64,000 bases of DNA from an uncultured Candidatus Saccharibacteria bacterium (lineage in GTDB: Bacteria; Patescibacteriota; Andersenbacteria; UBA10190), in assembly GCA_964371255.1 (NCBI GenBank), contig CAYJKV010000003.1, positions 8,458 to 72,457 of the forward strand. The letters are read 5' to 3'. Shown one piece after another: positions 61,827-64,000 of this stretch. Each line of letters starts with the position of its first letter. Within the stretch, counting starts at the first letter, position 1. The notes beneath the pieces are model-generated. The model saw only the letters and a program-made list of their open reading frames with translations. It was not told the origin of the DNA and searched no databases. The position numbers were made by a program, and so were the translations under genes.

Positions 61827-62504
61827 ATGCGATCAAAATCATTTGATAAAATGAAAAAGGCTATACCGTCTCAACCCATCTCCATCGATGAGGCTGTCGC
61901 CTGGTTGAAAGCCAATGTGAAGACTAAGTTTGATTCCACAGTCGAAGTGCATATTAGGCTGGGTGTAGATGCTCAAAAATCCGAACAAATGGTCCGCGGG
62001 CAAGTAGTTCTGCCAGCCGGGGCGGTTACTAAACCGGCGATTGTGGTCTTCACCGACGATGCTGCTGCGCAGAAGGAAGCCATGGCGGGCGGGGCCGAAG
62101 CCGCCGGCGGTGTCGAGCTTATTGAGCAGATTAAAAAAGACGGATCACTCAGGGCGGACATAACGATCGCCACACCATCCATGATGCCCAAAGTAGCCCA
62201 GATAGCTAAAATCCTGGGGCCCCAGGGACTCATGCCCAACCCCAAAACAGGCACCGTAACCGATCAGCCTGCCGCCGTGATCAGTGAATTACTTGCCGGT
62301 AAAATTTCTTTTAAGATGGATCAGCTAGGCAACTTGCATCAAGCCGTCGGTAAAATAAGTTGGGACGAAGAAAAAATTACCCTTAACACCAAGACTTTCT
62401 TGGACGCGGTGAAAGCGGCTAAACCATCTGCCTCACGAGGCGAGTTCTTAAAGTCGGTTTTTCTCAAGAGCACAATGAGCCCCAGTCTCCCGCTGAACGT
62501 ATAG
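61827..62504 (+). CDS. rplA: 50S ribosomal protein L1
   Basis: KFDSTVE, LGPQGLMPNPKTGTVT and STMSP motifs. Confidence 0.97.
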   Translation: MRSKSFDKMKKAIPSQPISIDEAVAWLKANVKTKFDSTVEVHIRLGVDAQKSEQMVRGQVVLPAGAVTKPAIVVFTDDAAAQKEAMAGGAEAAGGVELIEQIKKDGSLRADITIATPSMMPKVAQIAKILGPQGLMPNPKTGTVTDQPAAVISELLAGKISFKMDQLGNLHQAVGKISWDEEKITLNTKTFLDAVKAAKPSASRGEFLKSVFLKSTMSPSLPLNV

Positions 62505-62689
62505 GGCACACCCTCGGTCCAGCCACCCCCCCCAACACTAATGTTAAAATCAAAATTTCCCTTCAGGCATTCCTTTGGGACCATTCAATGCCAAATCTTA
62601 ATACCTAAATCCACGGATCAGCTATATTTATTCTACATCAGGCTCTTGGCATTTATTTAACATTGTAATTTGGAATTTTGGATTTTTTT

Positions 62690-63391
62690 ATGCCAGGCAC
62701 ACTAATCTCATTTGATGGCATTGACTCTTCAGGCAAAGAGACTCAAGCCAAACTACTGTTGGATAAAATTAAGGCGGCGGGCCATTTAGTCGGCTTCTTT
62801 CAAACGCCAGACTATCAAACAGCCTCCGGCATGAAACTAAAGCGCTTGTTCCAGGGCGTTGATGGCTCATGGGATAATCTGGCCTGGCCGAAGAAGATGC
62901 GGTTGATCGCAGCCAACCGCGCTGAGCATAAAAACGAAGTCGTGCAGCTCTTACAGCAAAACGGCGTGGTTATCTATGACCGATACGTGCCCAGCAGTAT
63001 TACTCATATGACGGCTGATGCTTTACCAAATGAAGCAACGCATTCTGATCGACAGACTATTCGCACACTAGTCGAGGAACATGAATACAAAGAGCAACAG
63101 ATGCCTCGCGAGGATTTGTCGATCTTCTTGGATCTTTCACCCGCCCAGGCGGCTGCCTTATTGCATGTCAGAAAACAGCAGTTAGGTGAGCCGGATGAAG
63201 CCACTGATCAGATTGAATTGCAGTCTAGAATTTACCAGGAGTATCAAATATTTGTCAAAGAAAATCCTGACCGCTGTATCAAAATTAATTGTGTCAGTCG
63301 CGGGCAGTTGTTGGCGATTAGTACCATTGCTGACCGAGTCTGGCAAACCGTCAGCCAACGGTTTCCTCATCTATTGCGCGGTGATAAATAG
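62690..63391 (+). CDS. tmk: thymidylate kinase family protein
   Basis: DGIDSSGKETQ P-loop, DRYVPS and IFLDL motifs. Confidence 0.82.
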   Translation: MPGTLISFDGIDSSGKETQAKLLLDKIKAAGHLVGFFQTPDYQTASGMKLKRLFQGVDGSWDNLAWPKKMRLIAANRAEHKNEVVQLLQQNGVVIYDRYVPSSITHMTADALPNEATHSDRQTIRTLVEEHEYKEQQMPREDLSIFLDLSPAQAAALLHVRKQQLGEPDEATDQIELQSRIYQEYQIFVKENPDRCIKINCVSRGQLLAISTIADRVWQTVSQRFPHLLRGDK

Positions 63392-63417
63392 AGATTTATT
63401 TTAAATCTATAACTTCT

Positions 63418-64000
63418 ATGTCGAAATTCTTCGTTATTGAAGCCCTCGACGCGGGTGGCAGCCAAACACAAACAGACCGTCTGGCTGAACACTTTACACA
63501 ATCTCATTATCAGGTTTTGCAGCTGCATTTTCCTCAAGAGGACCAGCCCACTGGCCGATTCGTGTATGAAAAATTTTTGTTATCGCATAACCAGCCAAAA
63601 TTCACGCGTCGCGAACAAGCGCTCATCTATATTCAAGATTTCTACTCGCAAGCAGACGCCATCCAGACGCACTTATCTCGATCAAACAAGTCCATTGTTG
63701 TCTCCGACCGCTTTTATACCAGCACACTCGCGTACCAATCCATCGGGCTCACCGGCCGCCAGCGGTTAGCCATGCTGTCCTGGATTAAGTTCCTCGCGGA
63801 GCAGGGGACGCATCCTTTACCGCGTCCCGACATGGTAATATTCTTAGATACGCCGGTCAGTATTTCTCTCCATCATCTTAAGGACAAAACTAAAGACTTC
63901 TTCGAGAACAAGCAAAAATTGGTCGCGATTCGTAACAGCTACCTGCGTCAGGCCAGATCAGAACAATGGTTAGTCGTTAACAGTGTGAACGAGCAGGGGG
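63418..64000 (+). CDS. second thymidylate-kinase-like protein with degenerate P-loop (runs off the window)
   Basis: Hand translation MSKFFVIEALDAGGSQTQ...HFP...SDRFYTSTLAYQ...PRPDMVIFLDTP; the frame stays open to the window end. Confidence 0.85.
   Translation, partial: MSKFFVIEALDAGGSQTQTDRLAEHFTQSHYQVLQLHFPQEDQPTGRFVYEKFLLSHNQPKFTRREQALIYIQDFYSQADAIQTHLSRSNKSIVVSDRFYTSTLAYQSIGLTGRQRLAMLSWIKFLAEQGTHPLPRPDMVIFLDTPVSISLHHLKDKTKDFFENKQKLVAIRNSYLRQARSEQWLVVNSVNEQG

Overview
This is bacterial DNA read with code 11. It is most likely a Patescibacteria/CPR (Parcubacteria-like) genome, inferred from compact housekeeping genes, a type IV pilus/ComF set, HisKA_7TM-type kinase, CPR-style surface proteins, tRNA-Arg(GCG) and few Shine-Dalgarno sites. 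The region from about 33 to 64 kb is mostly core: comF, clpC, recX, htpX/lemA, pil genes, ligA, gatCA, gpmI, pheST, gyrB, ahpC, secE-nusG-rplK-rplA and two tmk-like genes. The region from about 2 to 33 kb is largely accessory. The strongest candidate for a new system is a 2.7-kb RiPP-like cassette: a 52-aa precursor ending SGISGGSSQCC, a radical SAM/SPASM enzyme and a methyltransferase, lying between two ~195-bp direct repeats of the 5' end of an acyl-CoA-ligase-like gene. Also notable are: a 922-aa surface protein starting with a Planctomycete-type LExRxLL-like motif; a ~45-aa surface module repeated six times across three proteins; a dispersed ThiF/nitroreductase/ligase/methyltransferase/sensor-kinase set sharing a TTGTCA-N8-TGACAA palindrome; an XRE + ImmA/IrrE + mini GIY-YIG + DinD islet at tRNA-Ser(GCT); and hairpin elements carrying tRNA-end duplications around single cargo genes. 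All calls come from motif recognition by eye; no database searches were run.
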